NCBI GenBank assembly: GCA_964016885.1
Contig: CAXHJY010000686.1
Coordinates: 1-32,000, forward strand
From: Eledone cirrhosa
Taxonomy: Eukaryota
DNA length: 32,000 nt
Direction: 5' to 3'
Shown here: one piece after another, positions 1 through 15,791 of the stretch
Position numbering within the stretch: the stretch's first letter is position 1
How the letters are laid out: each line of letters starts with the position of its first letter
Notes under the pieces: model-generated
Told to the model about the DNA's origin: nothing
Database searches by the model: none
What the model saw: only the letters and a program-made list of their open reading frames with translations
Position numbers and translations under genes: made by a program

Positions 1-39
1 CGAGACTGCCCAACCTGGGACGCCTCCATTGCCTTGCAA

Positions 40-174
40 TGGTCAAGTGATACTGGTGACTGTGACACTTAGTGCCTTCGTGGGCCCCTGATGTTTTCAT
101 GAAAAATATTTCTTAAAAAATTGGTCAAGTGATACATATAACTGTGACATTTAGTGCCTTCGTGGGCCCCTGAT
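40..174. repeat. Two ~53-nt direct repeats (40-92, 122-174), period 82
   Basis: TGGTCAAGTGATAC...CTGTGACAYTTAGTGCCTTCGTGGGCCCCTGAT occurs twice. Confidence 0.85.
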
Positions 175-1032
175 ATATTCAAGAGATATATTCTAAAAAA
201 ATATATATCTTATCTCAATTTACTTTATTTCATTTTATTTCATTTCATGTTATCTAATTTTATTTATTTACTTACTTGACTCCATTTATTTATTTATTTA
301 TTTATTTAAATTTAAATTTAAATTTTGAAATTTTAAAATTTTAAAATTTAAATTTTAATTTTATTTATTTATTTAATTTTTAATTTTTAATTTTTATTTA
401 TTTATTTATTTATTTATTTATTTTATTTTATTTTATTTTATTTTATTTTATTTAATTACATTTAATTACATTTAATTATACATTTAATTATACATTTAAT
501 TATATCTTATATTATATTATTTTAATTTAGTCTATGTTATTTGATTTTAGTTTACCTTATTTTATCTTATTTTACGATTATACTATATTATGTTCTATGT
601 ATATAATTTTTAATTTTTAATTTTATATTATTTTATCTCATTCCTTACCCTATATTTTATTTTTTATATTTTATATGTAAGTTTGTTATGTACTTCTTTG
701 TATTTCTTTTTATATATATTATAAGTCTGTTTTTCACCTATTTTTTACCTATTTTTTACCTACTCTTACCTAATCCCATTATCTTATCTACTCTTGTCTG
801 TTCTCTTATCCATGTGTCTACTCTTGTCTGTACTCTTATCCATGTGTATGCTTGTATGTAACTATATGTTGACAGCACCCCGCCCAACTGTGAGTGATAG
901 CACCCCTTATTTTTATTTTTATTTTTATTTTTACTTTTATTTTTATTTTTATTCTTATCCTCTATCGTCTATTATTACCTTTCATTCTTCAATGTCTTGG
1001 ATTTGTTATTGCTTGTATGGTATGTAATTAAC

Positions 1033-1090
1033 CTTTATGCTCTAATGAGTCCCACTTATAGTGCGGATGAAACAATGTTAGCAAGTAAAG
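1033..1090 (+). ncRNA. Type I hammerhead ribozyme, variant or degenerate core
   Basis: Stem I CTTTA-TGCT / AGCA-ag-TAAAG; core CTAATGA (1042-1048, non-canonical); stem II GTCC-CAC..GTG-c-GGAT; GAAAC-AAT-GTT. Confidence 0.6.
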
Positions 1091-1132
1091 ATATGCATAT
1101 GCTATAAGCGTTCTTTGTTATTTATTTATTTA

Positions 1133-1864
<732 letters not shown>

Positions 1865-2071
1865 AATTGGAATAAATGCTCTGAAATAGCGATATATATG
1901 TGAATATAGACATAGAATATTCGAAAATATTCTGTATGTTTATAATAAACATTTTGAAGACTCTAATCGCTATAGAATAGAATACGTCACGTATTACAAT
2001 TATATTCCTGTACACAGCTAAGTATTCTATAAGTCTCTAGCTGTGTCATTCTCGATAAAAGCACTGGATAT

Positions 2072-2114
2072 GTAGTCCTGAAGATTTCTAATAAGAATGA
2101 AACGCGTAGATTAC
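2072..2114 (+). ncRNA. Minimal type I hammerhead ribozyme (310-nt array, copy 1)
   Basis: GTAGTC-CTGAAGA-tTTCTaataAGAAt-GAAAC-GC-GTA-GATTAC; palindromic ACGCGT stem III; predicted cleavage after 2108. Confidence 0.88.
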
Positions 2115-2381
2115 TTCCCTTGCTTTTATCGAGAATATAATTGTAATACGTGACGTATTCTATTCTATAGCGATTAGGTCTTCAAAATGTTTATTATAAA
2201 CATACAGAATATTTTCGAATATTCTATGTCTATATTCACATATATATCGCTATTTCAGAGCATTTATTCCAATTTCTAATTTCTGCCGGACCGGCAACCG
2301 CTCTTTCAAACCAGTTCCTGTACACAGCTAAGTATTCTATAAGTCTCTAGCTGTGTCATTCTCGATAAAAGCACTGGATAT

Positions 2382-2424
2382 GTAGTCCTGAAGATTTCTA
2401 ATAAGAATGAAACGCGTAGATTAC
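2382..2424 (+). ncRNA. Minimal type I hammerhead ribozyme (310-nt array, copy 2)
   Basis: Identical to copy 1, +310 nt. Confidence 0.88.
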
Positions 2425-2691
2425 TTCCCTTGCTTTTATCGAGAATATAATTGTAATACGTGACGTATTCTATTCTATAGCGATTAGGTCTTCAAAATGT
2501 TTATTATAAACATACAGAATATTTTCGAATATTCTATGTCTATATTCACATATATATCGCTATTTCAGAGCATTTATTCCAATTTCTAATTTCTGCCGGA
2601 CCGGCAACCGCTCTTTCAAACCAGTTCCTGTACACAGCTAAGTATTCTATAAGTCTCTAGCTGTGTCATTCTCGATAAAAGCACTGGATAT

Positions 2692-2734
2692 GTAGTCCTG
2701 AAGATTTCTAATAAGAATGAAACGCGTAGATTAC
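2692..2734 (+). ncRNA. Minimal type I hammerhead ribozyme (310-nt array, copy 3)
   Basis: Identical to copy 1, +620 nt. Confidence 0.88.
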
Positions 2735-3001
2735 TTCCCTTGCTTTTATCGAGAATATAATTGTAATACGTGACGTATTCTATTCTATAGCGATTAGGTC
2801 TTCAAAATGTTTATTATAAACATACAGAATATTTTCGAATATTCTATGTCTATATTCACATATATATCGCTATTTCAGAGCATTTATTCCAATTTCTAAT
2901 TTCTGCCGGACCGGCAACCGCTCTTTCAAACCAGTTCCTGTACACAGCTAAGTATTCTATAAGTCTCTAGCTGTGTCATTCTCGATAAAAGCACTGGATA
3001 T

Positions 3002-3044
3002 GTAGTCCTGAAGATTTCTAATAAGAATGAAACGCGTAGATTAC
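3002..3044 (+). ncRNA. Minimal type I hammerhead ribozyme (310-nt array, copy 4)
   Basis: Identical to copy 1, +930 nt. Confidence 0.88.
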
Positions 3045-3168
3045 TTCCCTTGCTTTTATCGAGAATATAATTGTAATACGTGACGTATTCTATTCTATAG
3101 CGATTAGGTCTTCAAAATGTTTATTATAAACATACAGAATATTTTCGAATATTCTATGTCTATATTCA

Positions 3169-5360
<2,192 letters not shown>

Positions 5361-5611
5361 TTAGAAGAAAGGAAAGGCACAGGAACGAAGAAAGGAATCC
5401 CCAGTCACTGAAGAGGTCACAGAGTGTGTGACGAAAGGACTATGACTATATATATAAACAACTATCTGGTTGTGGAACCAACCAACCAACCAGAAATTTA
5501 TAAGTTTGTAAATTTGTAAAGTTGTAAATTTATAAATATATAATAAATTGAAGTGAAAGCAACTGGTGCGTGTGTTTCTTATTGGCAACATGACCCTCCC
5601 AAAGTATAACA
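5361..5611 (+). mobile_element. Short ~250-nt HHR-bearing insert (solo pLTR fragment or retrozyme monomer)
   Basis: Unique island between (TA)n tracts with one HHR and no credible ORF. Confidence 0.6.
5403..5447 (+). ncRNA. Minimal type I hammerhead ribozyme
   Basis: AGTCA-CTGAAGA-g-GTCACA-gagtg-TGTGAC-GAAAG-ga-CTA-TGACT; stems I and II pair perfectly; CUA triplet. Confidence 0.8.
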
Positions 5612-6153
<542 letters not shown>

Positions 6154-6228
6154 ACTCTTTTACTCTTTTACATGTTTCAGCCATCCGGCTGAGGCCATGC
6201 TGGGGCACCGCCCTTGTTGCTACACATT

Positions 6229-9200
6229 TTATCTCCAGCCTGTATAGGTTGGCCACTGGTGTAGGAGGGAGTTTGTTGCTGCTGCCCTTAGGTTTCCCTC
6301 GTGTCTTGCTGTGGGCTCATCCGGGATCCTGGATAACAAGGTGTCGAGATGTTTCTTAAAGACATCCACCTCCACGTCATGCAAGTCTCGCAGATGCCTC
6401 GGCAGCCTGTTGAAGAGTTGAGGGCCCTTGAATCCCAGGCTATTGCAATACCTCCTCCTTATTCTAGATGTGGAAGACGGGACCTTTGGCACCACACAGT
6501 GACGTCCTGTTCGACGGTTGGTCCAGCTCCCAATGCCAAAGTTTGGTGCTAGTCCCTCCAGGATTTTCCACATGTAGATCACTGCGTATCTCTCCCGTCT
6601 TCGCTCCAAGGAGTAGAGGTTCAGTTCCTTCAGCCTCTCCCAGTAGCTTGTCTCCCTCATCTTGGCAATCCTCTTGGTGTAGCTTCGCTGGATTGCCTCA
6701 AGCTCTGTGGTTAGTTTGACACTATGGGGTGACCACAGCTGGGAGCAGTAGTCCAGGCGGCTTAGGACAAAAGTCCTCCACAGTGTCAACATGGTGTCTC
6801 GATCTCTTGTAAGGAAAGTCCTCAAGATCCAGCCAGCGAATCGTCTACATGCTGTCGCCACCTTCATGATGTGTGAAGAAAAAGATGCATCATCGCTCAT
6901 GTCTATGCCCAGGTCTCGTATCGATTTTGACACGGGGATATCGGTCCCTCCTGGTCCTGTGTAGCTGTGTTCCACTATATTTGTGTTTGTGTTTGCAGGT
7001 TTGTATTGTAGGGCTTGGAATTTGCCAGCATTAAACTGCATGTTGTTTTCTTCCGCCCATCTGTATATGGCATCCAGATCCTGCTGTAAGAGGGCAGCGT
7101 CAGCCGGGTTTTTGATTGCCTGTGCTACCTTAGTGTCATCAGCATAGCTAGTGAGGGATGTTGTTGCATGCACCACAGAGGGCATGTCCGAGAGAGCCAC
7201 CAAAAACAGTAGTGGTCCCAGGACTGTCCCCTGAGGCACCCCACTTGTTATCGGTGTTTCCCTCGAGAGGGCCCCATTTGCTGCGACTGCCTGGCTTCTG
7301 TCCCTCAGGAAGCCATGCAGCCACTCACCTACTTTTCCAGTTATGCCGAGTCCGTGTAGTTTGTGACATATCATTCCGTGGTCGACCTTGTCAAAGGCCT
7401 TCGCAAAGTCAAGATATATCACGTCTACATGTGAGCTGTCTAGTAGCTGTCTCAGTACCCAGTCGTAGTGATGTAGCAGCTGTGTAAGGCAGCTTCTTCC
7501 TGGGCGGAAGCCATGTTGCGTGCTAGTCAGGCGGTCATTTTCTTCGAGGAAAGTGATTAGTTTCTTTCTGATGACTCGCTCCATGACCTTACTGATATGC
7601 GACGTCAGGGAGACTGGCCTATAGTTCTTGGCCTCCGCTCTACTACCTCCTTTATGGATAGGGCATATTGTGCCTTCTTTCAGCTCCCTGGGTAGTACAC
7701 CGCTAGCCAAGGAGCTTCTGAAGAGCATCTTCAGTGGAGTTGCTAAGGCCTGCTTACATATTTTTAGGAGAACTGCTGGGAATCCATCAGGTCCAGCAGC
7801 CGAGTCTGTTCTAATTTCATCAATGGCGCACACCACATCCTCCTCCGTTATGTCTATGTGGTTGATGGTTGCCATTTCTTGATGTAGTGTTGTGGCATCA
7901 AAGAACTCCTCTGGCTTCGTTATTTGCATGTGCCTCAGTGGACATGTGAAGACACTTTTGTACTGTTCGTTCAGTATTTCACATATCTCTTGGGGATTTT
8001 CGGTTAATGAACCGTCCGTGTGGAAGAGTGGTCCAATCTTGCAGTGTACTGAGGCAGTTTCTTTTGCAAATTTAAAGAAGGCCTTAGGGTTTGTTTTAAT
8101 GTTTTCTATGGCCCTGTTCTCTTTCCTTGCCCTCTCATTCTCATGTGAAAGCTTGAGTGCAATCTCGGTGTCAAGTAGTGCACGTTTCAAATAGGATTCC
8201 TTCTTGTTTTGGTTTTGTTGACTATTCAACTGGTTTGAGAGTTTAGTTCTACGTCTCATAAGGATTTTCCTATCTCTGGGAATAAGATTTTTGTGTCTGT
8301 TTGCCTCTTTCTTCGGGACACACTTTTTGCATATGGTGTGTATCGTTGTCATGAAGTGTTGAAATTGTGTGTTAGTGTCTTGTGTGGCGATGTTTGCACT
8401 CCATGTTTGCTTCCGGATTTCACTCTTAATCTTCTTCCAGTCAGCCCCGTAGAAGTTAAGGCTGGATAGCGTCCCGGAGCTTCTTGGTGGTTTTGTCTCT
8501 GTTGGTTCTCTTGGACCACATATCATTAGCTCTACCAAGTTATGATCCGAGAGAATTGTTGGTGTCACCTTTACATTGTGGATGAGCACTTCGTTGTTTG
8601 TAAAACAGAGGTCCAGGACATTTTCGCCTCTTGTTGGGAGGAGTATTGCTTGCTCCATGAACAGCCTGTGTGTGAGGGCCAGCAGGGATTCCGTCTGTCT
8701 CTGTTCTATTGACGTCATTCCAGGGAGGAGGTGGCCCTCAGGCCATTTGACCTTTGGTAGGTTGAAGTCTCCCAGCAGTAGGATGTTGAGACCCTGGTCC
8801 AGTTTGTCAAGGACCTCTTCTATCCTACTTAGGCTATCCTCAAATTTACCCTCATGACTGGGGGCATCGGGCGGCCGATATGTGACACATATTACCGTCT
8901 GTAGTTGCTTCATATGTATTATCAGTGTGTCACAGACTGAGTTTGAATGTGTCAACAGAACAATTGGTGTGACATCTTCACGGATATACAGAGCAACCCC
9001 ACCATGAGTTCTCTCCTTCCTGTCCGAACGAAATACAGTATATTTCGGTATATGTATTTCTGCATCTGCTATACTGCTTGTCAGGTGCGTTTCGGTTAGT
9101 GCCATGCATAGTGCTTGATTGCTTATGGCTAAGTCTCCCAGGTAGGAAATTTTACTCATGTTGCTGAGTTTCACCAGGCCCCTGACATTCAGCAGCAGCA

Positions 9201-9270
9201 CTGGTGTGACTTTTGGGGTGCCAGTAATGGTTGTCGGTATGACACCTGGTCTGGTGTCAGCGGCGGCCAC
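6229..9270 (-). CDS. LINE ORF2: apurinic-like endonuclease + reverse transcriptase
   Basis: APE motifs [27 protein letters not shown]; RT motifs [48 protein letters not shown]; C-terminal LYSLERRR. Frame open from 9459; the 9270 start is GTG. Confidence 0.95.
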   Translation of the reverse strand: MAAADTRPGVIPTTITGTPKVTPVLLLNVRGLVKLSNMSKISYLGDLAISNQALCMALTETHLTSSIADAEIHIPKYTVFRSDRKERTHGGVALYIREDVTPIVLLTHSNSVCDTLIIHMKQLQTVICVTYRPPDAPSHEGKFEDSLSRIEEVLDKLDQGLNILLLGDFNLPKVKWPEGHLLPGMTSIEQRQTESLLALTHRLFMEQAILLPTRGENVLDLCFTNNEVLIHNVKVTPTILSDHNLVELMICGPREPTETKPPRSSGTLSSLNFYGADWKKIKSEIRKQTWSANIATQDTNTQFQHFMTTIHTICKKCVPKKEANRHKNLIPRDRKILMRRRTKLSNQLNSQQNQNKKESYLKRALLDTEIALKLSHENERARKENRAIENIKTNPKAFFKFAKETASVHCKIGPLFHTDGSLTENPQEICEILNEQYKSVFTCPLRHMQITKPEEFFDATTLHQEMATINHIDITEEDVVCAIDEIRTDSAAGPDGFPAVLLKICKQALATPLKMLFRSSLASGVLPRELKEGTICPIHKGGSRAEAKNYRPVSLTSHISKVMERVIRKKLITFLEENDRLTSTQHGFRPGRSCLTQLLHHYDWVLRQLLDSSHVDVIYLDFAKAFDKVDHGMICHKLHGLGITGKVGEWLHGFLRDRSQAVAANGALSRETPITSGVPQGTVLGPLLFLVALSDMPSVVHATTSLTSYADDTKVAQAIKNPADAALLQQDLDAIYRWAEENNMQFNAGKFQALQYKPANTNTNIVEHSYTGPGGTDIPVSKSIRDLGIDMSDDASFSSHIMKVATACRRFAGWILRTFLTRDRDTMLTLWRTFVLSRLDYCSQLWSPHSVKLTTELEAIQRSYTKRIAKMRETSYWERLKELNLYSLERRRERYAVIYMWKILEGLAPNFGIGSWTNRRTGRHCVVPKVPSSTSRIRRRYCNSLGFKGPQLFNRLPRHLRDLHDVEVDVFKKHLDTLLSRIPDEPTARHEGNLRAAATNSLLHQWPTYTGWR

Positions 9271-10073
9271 TCTGGGTCCCTTAACTGCGGTGGTCTCGAG
9301 TGCTGGTGTGGATGACCCTGGCTCTGGAGACGATGCAGCCAGGTCAGCTGTCCCACAATCTTCTCTGCCATCACTAAAAAATTTTTCTGATCTGCTGCTG
9401 CCATCTGTATCTCGTCGGCATGTGCGTGCCTTCTCCTTGTTGGTGCAGCACGCGCGACATCAGCATACTTCTGGAGCGGCTTATTTCGGCTTTGGCTGGG
9501 GCATGTTGCGCGAGTATGATGGGCATAGTTCGTTTGAGACCTAGGGTGGGCGAATCTGCATCCCATCCCTGTCTCTCCATGCCAGCATGTCCCGTTCTTG
9601 AAAAACTTGCACATTACTTGGTGTTTTTTGCTCCCAGTGTCTCGGTGCTTTCTGTTCTTTCTTTGAACAGTTGTCCACTGGTCCCTCTGCGCTTGGTTCT
9701 CCTTCGGAAGGTGATTTCGCTTTTCACCTTTGCCCTTAGCTTGTTGGTTGCCCGGCCTGCCCTCCCTGCCTGTAGCGGAGGGTATATCATTTTCTTCCAG
9801 GTCCGTGCTTGTGCTCTCCTCCTTTTCTTTTTCCCTTTCCTTTTCCTCTTCCTTTTCCCTCTCCTTCTCCTCATCCCTCCCTTCGGATTTCTCCTCCCTG
9901 AGGACACGGCTTAGCATCGCCATATGAGGCGCTATGAGGACATACGCCTTCTCAATTTCTTTTCTCTTTCTCTCTATCTGTACCAGGGTCCTCATAAACC
10001 CATGGCTCTTCAGGTTCTCCGCCATCTTTTTGCTTGGTGGAGACCCATCAGCCATAGTCCACCCCTTGATCAA
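9189..10073 (-). CDS. LINE ORF1, nucleic-acid-binding protein with CCCH zinc finger
   Basis: Lies upstream of ORF2; E/K-rich coiled-coil-like stretch; CKFFKNGTCWHGETGMGCRFAH motif. Track start is TTG; first ATG at 10055. Confidence 0.8.
   Translation of the reverse strand: MIKGWTMADGSPPSKKMAENLKSHGFMRTLVQIERKRKEIEKAYVLIAPHMAMLSRVLREEKSEGRDEEKEREKEEEKEREKEKEESTSTDLEENDIPSATGREGRPGNQQAKGKGEKRNHLPKENQAQRDQWTTVQRKNRKHRDTGSKKHQVMCKFFKNGTCWHGETGMGCRFAHPRSQTNYAHHTRATCPSQSRNKPLQKYADVARAAPTRRRHAHADEIQMAAADQKNFLVMAEKIVGQLTWLHRLQSQGHPHQHSRPPQLRDPEWPPLTPDQVSYRQPLLAPQKSHQCCC
9290..9381 (-). promoter_or_regulatory. Candidate -1 programmed ribosomal frameshift signal (U UUU UUA heptamer at 9381-9375 plus downstream structure)
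   Basis: ORF1 codons AAT TTT TTA GTG; a -1 shift enters the ORF2 frame, which is open here; downstream TGACCTGGCT/AGCCAGGGTCA stem. Confidence 0.6.
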
Positions 10074-10635
10074 AACCGCTAGTTCAATCTTCGACCAGTT
10101 TCACTGACTCCTGATTTCACATTTTTCCCATTTTTCCTGCATGCAGTCCATTTCGCTGTGGAGGGGAGAAAGAGGGACAGTGGGAGGTGTAGAGTAGAGG
10201 TTAGAGAGGGACAGAGTGAGGGAGGGAGATAGAGATATAACTCCAGCGAGAGAAAAAGAGAAACAGAAGAAAAGAAAAGAAAAGGAGGAGACAGAAGAGG
10301 GGAGCGAGAGAGATAGCGGGAAGAGTGGAGGGGGGTCAGAGGGAGAGAGAGAAGATAGATAGAGAGCTCGTTGATCTAGAGAGAGGGAGAAAGAGAGCTC
10401 GTTGATCGAGAGAGAGAGAGGGGGAGAGAGAGAGAGAGAGAGGAAGGAGAGAGATAGAGACAGCGTGAGAGCGTGAGCAACTGCAGTTCATAAATATAAA
10501 AATAAATTTTTAAATCTAAATTTAAATTAATGAATGGGAGAAACCGGAAACAGAGATATAGAAACACGATGTAAATGTCTGTTTACAAATATACGGAGTT
10601 ATTGCAATACCAGCATATCATACAAGAAACAACGA

Positions 10636-12352
<1,717 letters not shown>

Positions 12353-12353
12353 A

Positions 12354-12536
12354 TTTTAATATAGAAGAGATTCTACAGGACTAGAACTGTTTCATTCATT
12401 AGAAATCATCAGATGATTTCTAATGAATGAAACAGTTCTAGTCCTGTAGAATCTCTTCTATATTAAAACTGTTATACTCTGCTATGTATTGAGTACCTTA
12501 CTTACTGTGGTTACCTCCGATTCAACCCGGAATAAC

Positions 12537-12538
<2 letters not shown>
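12354..12538 (+). mobile_element. 5'-truncated HHR-bearing insert with a perfect 57-bp-arm palindrome (12354-12468) centred in the HHR core
   Basis: Arms 12354-12410 and 12412-12468 around A12411; minus strand reads CTGATGA-tTTCtaatGAAt-GAAAC-agttcta-GTC-ctgtag; 5' strand of stem I absent. Confidence 0.75.
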
Positions 12539-12595
<57 letters not shown>

Positions 12596-12637
12596 TATAT
12601 ATATACACTTATATATATATATATATATATATATACA

Positions 12638-12693
<56 letters not shown>

Positions 12694-12695
12694 CA

Positions 12696-12777
<82 letters not shown>

Positions 12778-12781
12778 CACT

Positions 12782-12813
<32 letters not shown>

Positions 12814-12815
12814 CA

Positions 12816-12857
<42 letters not shown>

Positions 12858-12859
12858 CA

Positions 12860-12901
<42 letters not shown>

Positions 12902-12905
12902 CACT

Positions 12906-12943
<38 letters not shown>

Positions 12944-12945
12944 CA

Positions 12946-12990
<45 letters not shown>

Positions 12991-12991
12991 T

Positions 12992-13022
<31 letters not shown>

Positions 13023-13029
13023 TTATACA

Positions 13030-13067
<38 letters not shown>
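12539..13067. repeat. (TA)n microsatellite with TACACTTA variants
   Basis: Direct reading. Confidence 0.98.
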
Positions 13068-13070
<3 letters not shown>

Positions 13071-13875
13071 GTAGATAAATCTACCAAGAGTTTACGGTAG
13101 TGTCCAATCCGTATGAAGAACTCAATGTATTCCGGATATCATGGAAAGAAGAGATATAATGAAAAATCACTTTCGGTGAAAGATAAACGGTATACAGAGT
13201 CAAGATAAAATATTAAACAAATAATGAATAAACAATGAGACAGTTCCTTATATTAAACAAAAAAAGTTCATTATTTAACGATCGTTTCTAGGATATATAT
13301 GTGTTAGAATTGGCATGCATATTCAACAGATCTATGTACAAAATTATACAAAATTATACAAACTATCAAGATTAAATATACATACCAACACATATATATG
13401 CCGTCTTCAGAAATAATGAAGTATATTTATTGATAATAACAACAATTCAAAATTTCAGGTCCGTTTGGGAACAAAATTGACCAATGAAAACACAAAAGGT
13501 TAAATGCAGTTCGGTGTGTGTATATACATGTAAAACCCTTACACATATTTTACAAAAATGTATGTATAATTTGTATAGGCATACTAAAAGGATGGATGCA
13601 AATACAAAATTTCAAGGTTAATGTCTCTGTAAGTTTATAATGCACAGATAAGATGCGTGTAGACACACAAATATGAAATTAAGTATATAAATATATTTTT
13701 TCATACTCACACATATCCGTACAATCAAACATACACGCGCGTATATGCATAAATATACACATAACCACGAACATACAAACACACACACACCCCCACTCAC
13801 ATTTATATATGTGGATATAAAATCATAAGCACATGGATATTAATTCACTCACATAAACACTGGCACACACATTTA
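13068..13875 (-). repeat. 3' pseudo-LTR of the Penelope-like element
   Basis: Near-identical to 19999-20805 (offset 6931; a few 1-nt indels). Confidence 0.92.
13267..13420 (-). ncRNA. Type I hammerhead ribozyme with ~115-nt extended stem II (3' pLTR)
   Basis: Minus strand: TTCATTATTT-CTGAAGA-cggcATATATATGTGTTGG...CTAACACATATATATccta-GAAAC-GATC-GTT-AAATAATGAA. Confidence 0.75.
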
Positions 13876-13989
13876 GATCAAGATACAGAAATTAGGTGGG
13901 AGGGGGGGGGGGGAGAGGTCAGTATTCAACGGTCTGGGCCGACTGCTTAATATAGATGTATCTATAAACTAAGAAAATAAAAAATAATA

Positions 13990-14055
13990 AATAATAAATA
14001 AACATTAAAGAGGAAAGAATAGAAAGAAAAAAGAAAAAAGAAATATATCAAGAAA

Positions 14056-14115
<60 letters not shown>

Positions 14116-14286
14116 ACACACATATATATACATACACACACACACACACATACATATATATACACACATATACAAACACATACATACATATACACACATC
14201 CACACTAAGAACATACATACACACACATATATAAACATATACATATACACACATACATACATACACACATATACATATAAATACAC

Positions 14287-14329
<43 letters not shown>

Positions 14330-14667
14330 TATGTGTGTATATACATATACATACACACATACATATACATATAATCACACATACTATATAGACACACATA
14401 TATATAACCACACACATACACGCACATATACAACACTTACATACTTATATACATACAGATATACACATACATAGCTATATATACACACAAATATATACAG
14501 ACTTACATACATACATACAGACAAATACTTACGCATCTATATATCGGTATATACATACAAACACCACTACACTATCACACAACTTAGACATACAAAGAGA
14601 AAGGTATATACCTATACACACATACATATACAAATAGAAAAACATATAGATATATATATATATATAT

Positions 14668-14718
<51 letters not shown>

Positions 14719-14941
14719 CATACATATACACATACACACACATACACATACATACACATACATACATGTACACACACATAGAAATATATACGCATACACA
14801 CATACACACATACATATAAAGTCATACACACACATACACCTACACGAACATACACATACACATATATAAAGATATATATACACACACACACACACACACA
14901 TACACACACACACACATATATATAAAAAATAAATAATAAAG

Positions 14942-15012
<71 letters not shown>

Positions 15013-15335
15013 CACATACATACACACATACATAGACATACATGTACATACATACACATACATAGATATACATACATATATATATACACACATAGACATA
15101 TATATACATACACACACAACTTACATACACACATATATATACATATATATTCATACATAGAATTAGATATATAATCATACATACATATGCACTTACATAT
15201 ACTCATATATACAAATACATACGCATCCATACATGCGTATATACATAGAAACACCACTACAACCTCACCCAACTCAGACATACAAATAAAAATAAAAAGG
15301 CATATGCATATACATATATACACGCATTAATAGAG

Positions 15336-15405
<70 letters not shown>

Positions 15406-15654
15406 ATTCACATATATATATATACATACCCACACACACATACCACCATAAATACACATACAAACACCCACATATACATATATATACACACATATATATA
15501 TATATATACACACACACATAAAAAACAGACATGCACATATATATATTTTTTTACACTTATATATACACATTATATACATATACACACCCTCACATATACA
15601 CACATACACATAAGTTATATTATAATAATAAATAATATATATATATATATATAT

Positions 15655-15720
<66 letters not shown>

Positions 15721-15750
15721 GAATATAGACATATATACACACATAGACAC

Positions 15751-15791
<41 letters not shown>

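Larger units (their letters stand above)
1..1132 (+). mobile_element. Probable 3' end (pseudo-LTR/3' UTR) of a Penelope-like or retrozyme-like element, cut by the window edge
   Basis: T-rich low-complexity region, then an HHR, then a (TA)n tract; same layout as the 3' ends of the two coding PLEs in this window. No ORF visible, so this is inference. Confidence 0.45.
1864..3168 (+). mobile_element. Non-coding retrozyme-like tandem array: 3.75 copies of a 310-nt monomer (2005-3168) preceded by an inverted partial copy (1864-2007)
   Basis: TACACAGCTA recurs at 2011, 2321, 2631, 2941; one HHR per unit; 1864-2007 is the reverse complement of 2133-2275; (TA)n on both sides. Confidence 0.88.
6154..10635 (-). 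mobile_element. Near full-length non-LTR retrotransposon (LINE, CR1-like) inserted in (TA)n
   Basis: CT-rich 5' region, ORF1, APE-RT ORF2, short 3' UTR with a hairpin and a (GTAAAAGA)2 tail; (TA)n on both flanks. 5' boundary approximate; clade not tested phylogenetically. Confidence 0.9.

Noticed and set aside
85-110. CTGATG...GAAA resembling a hammerhead
   Set aside because: The core is CTGATGT, there is no convincing stem I or III, and it is not kept in the second repeat copy
2005-3168. Possible CRISPR array
   Set aside because: Whole 310-nt units repeat with no unique spacers, there are no cas genes, and the context is eukaryotic
6349-9927. Short plus-strand and alternative-frame ORFs overlapping the LINE
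   Set aside because: Shadow ORFs of ORF1/ORF2 with no recognisable motifs
13892-13920. G-rich run next to the pLTR boundary (also 16295-16323) as a G-quadruplex or promoter
   Set aside because: Simple G runs with no independent support for function
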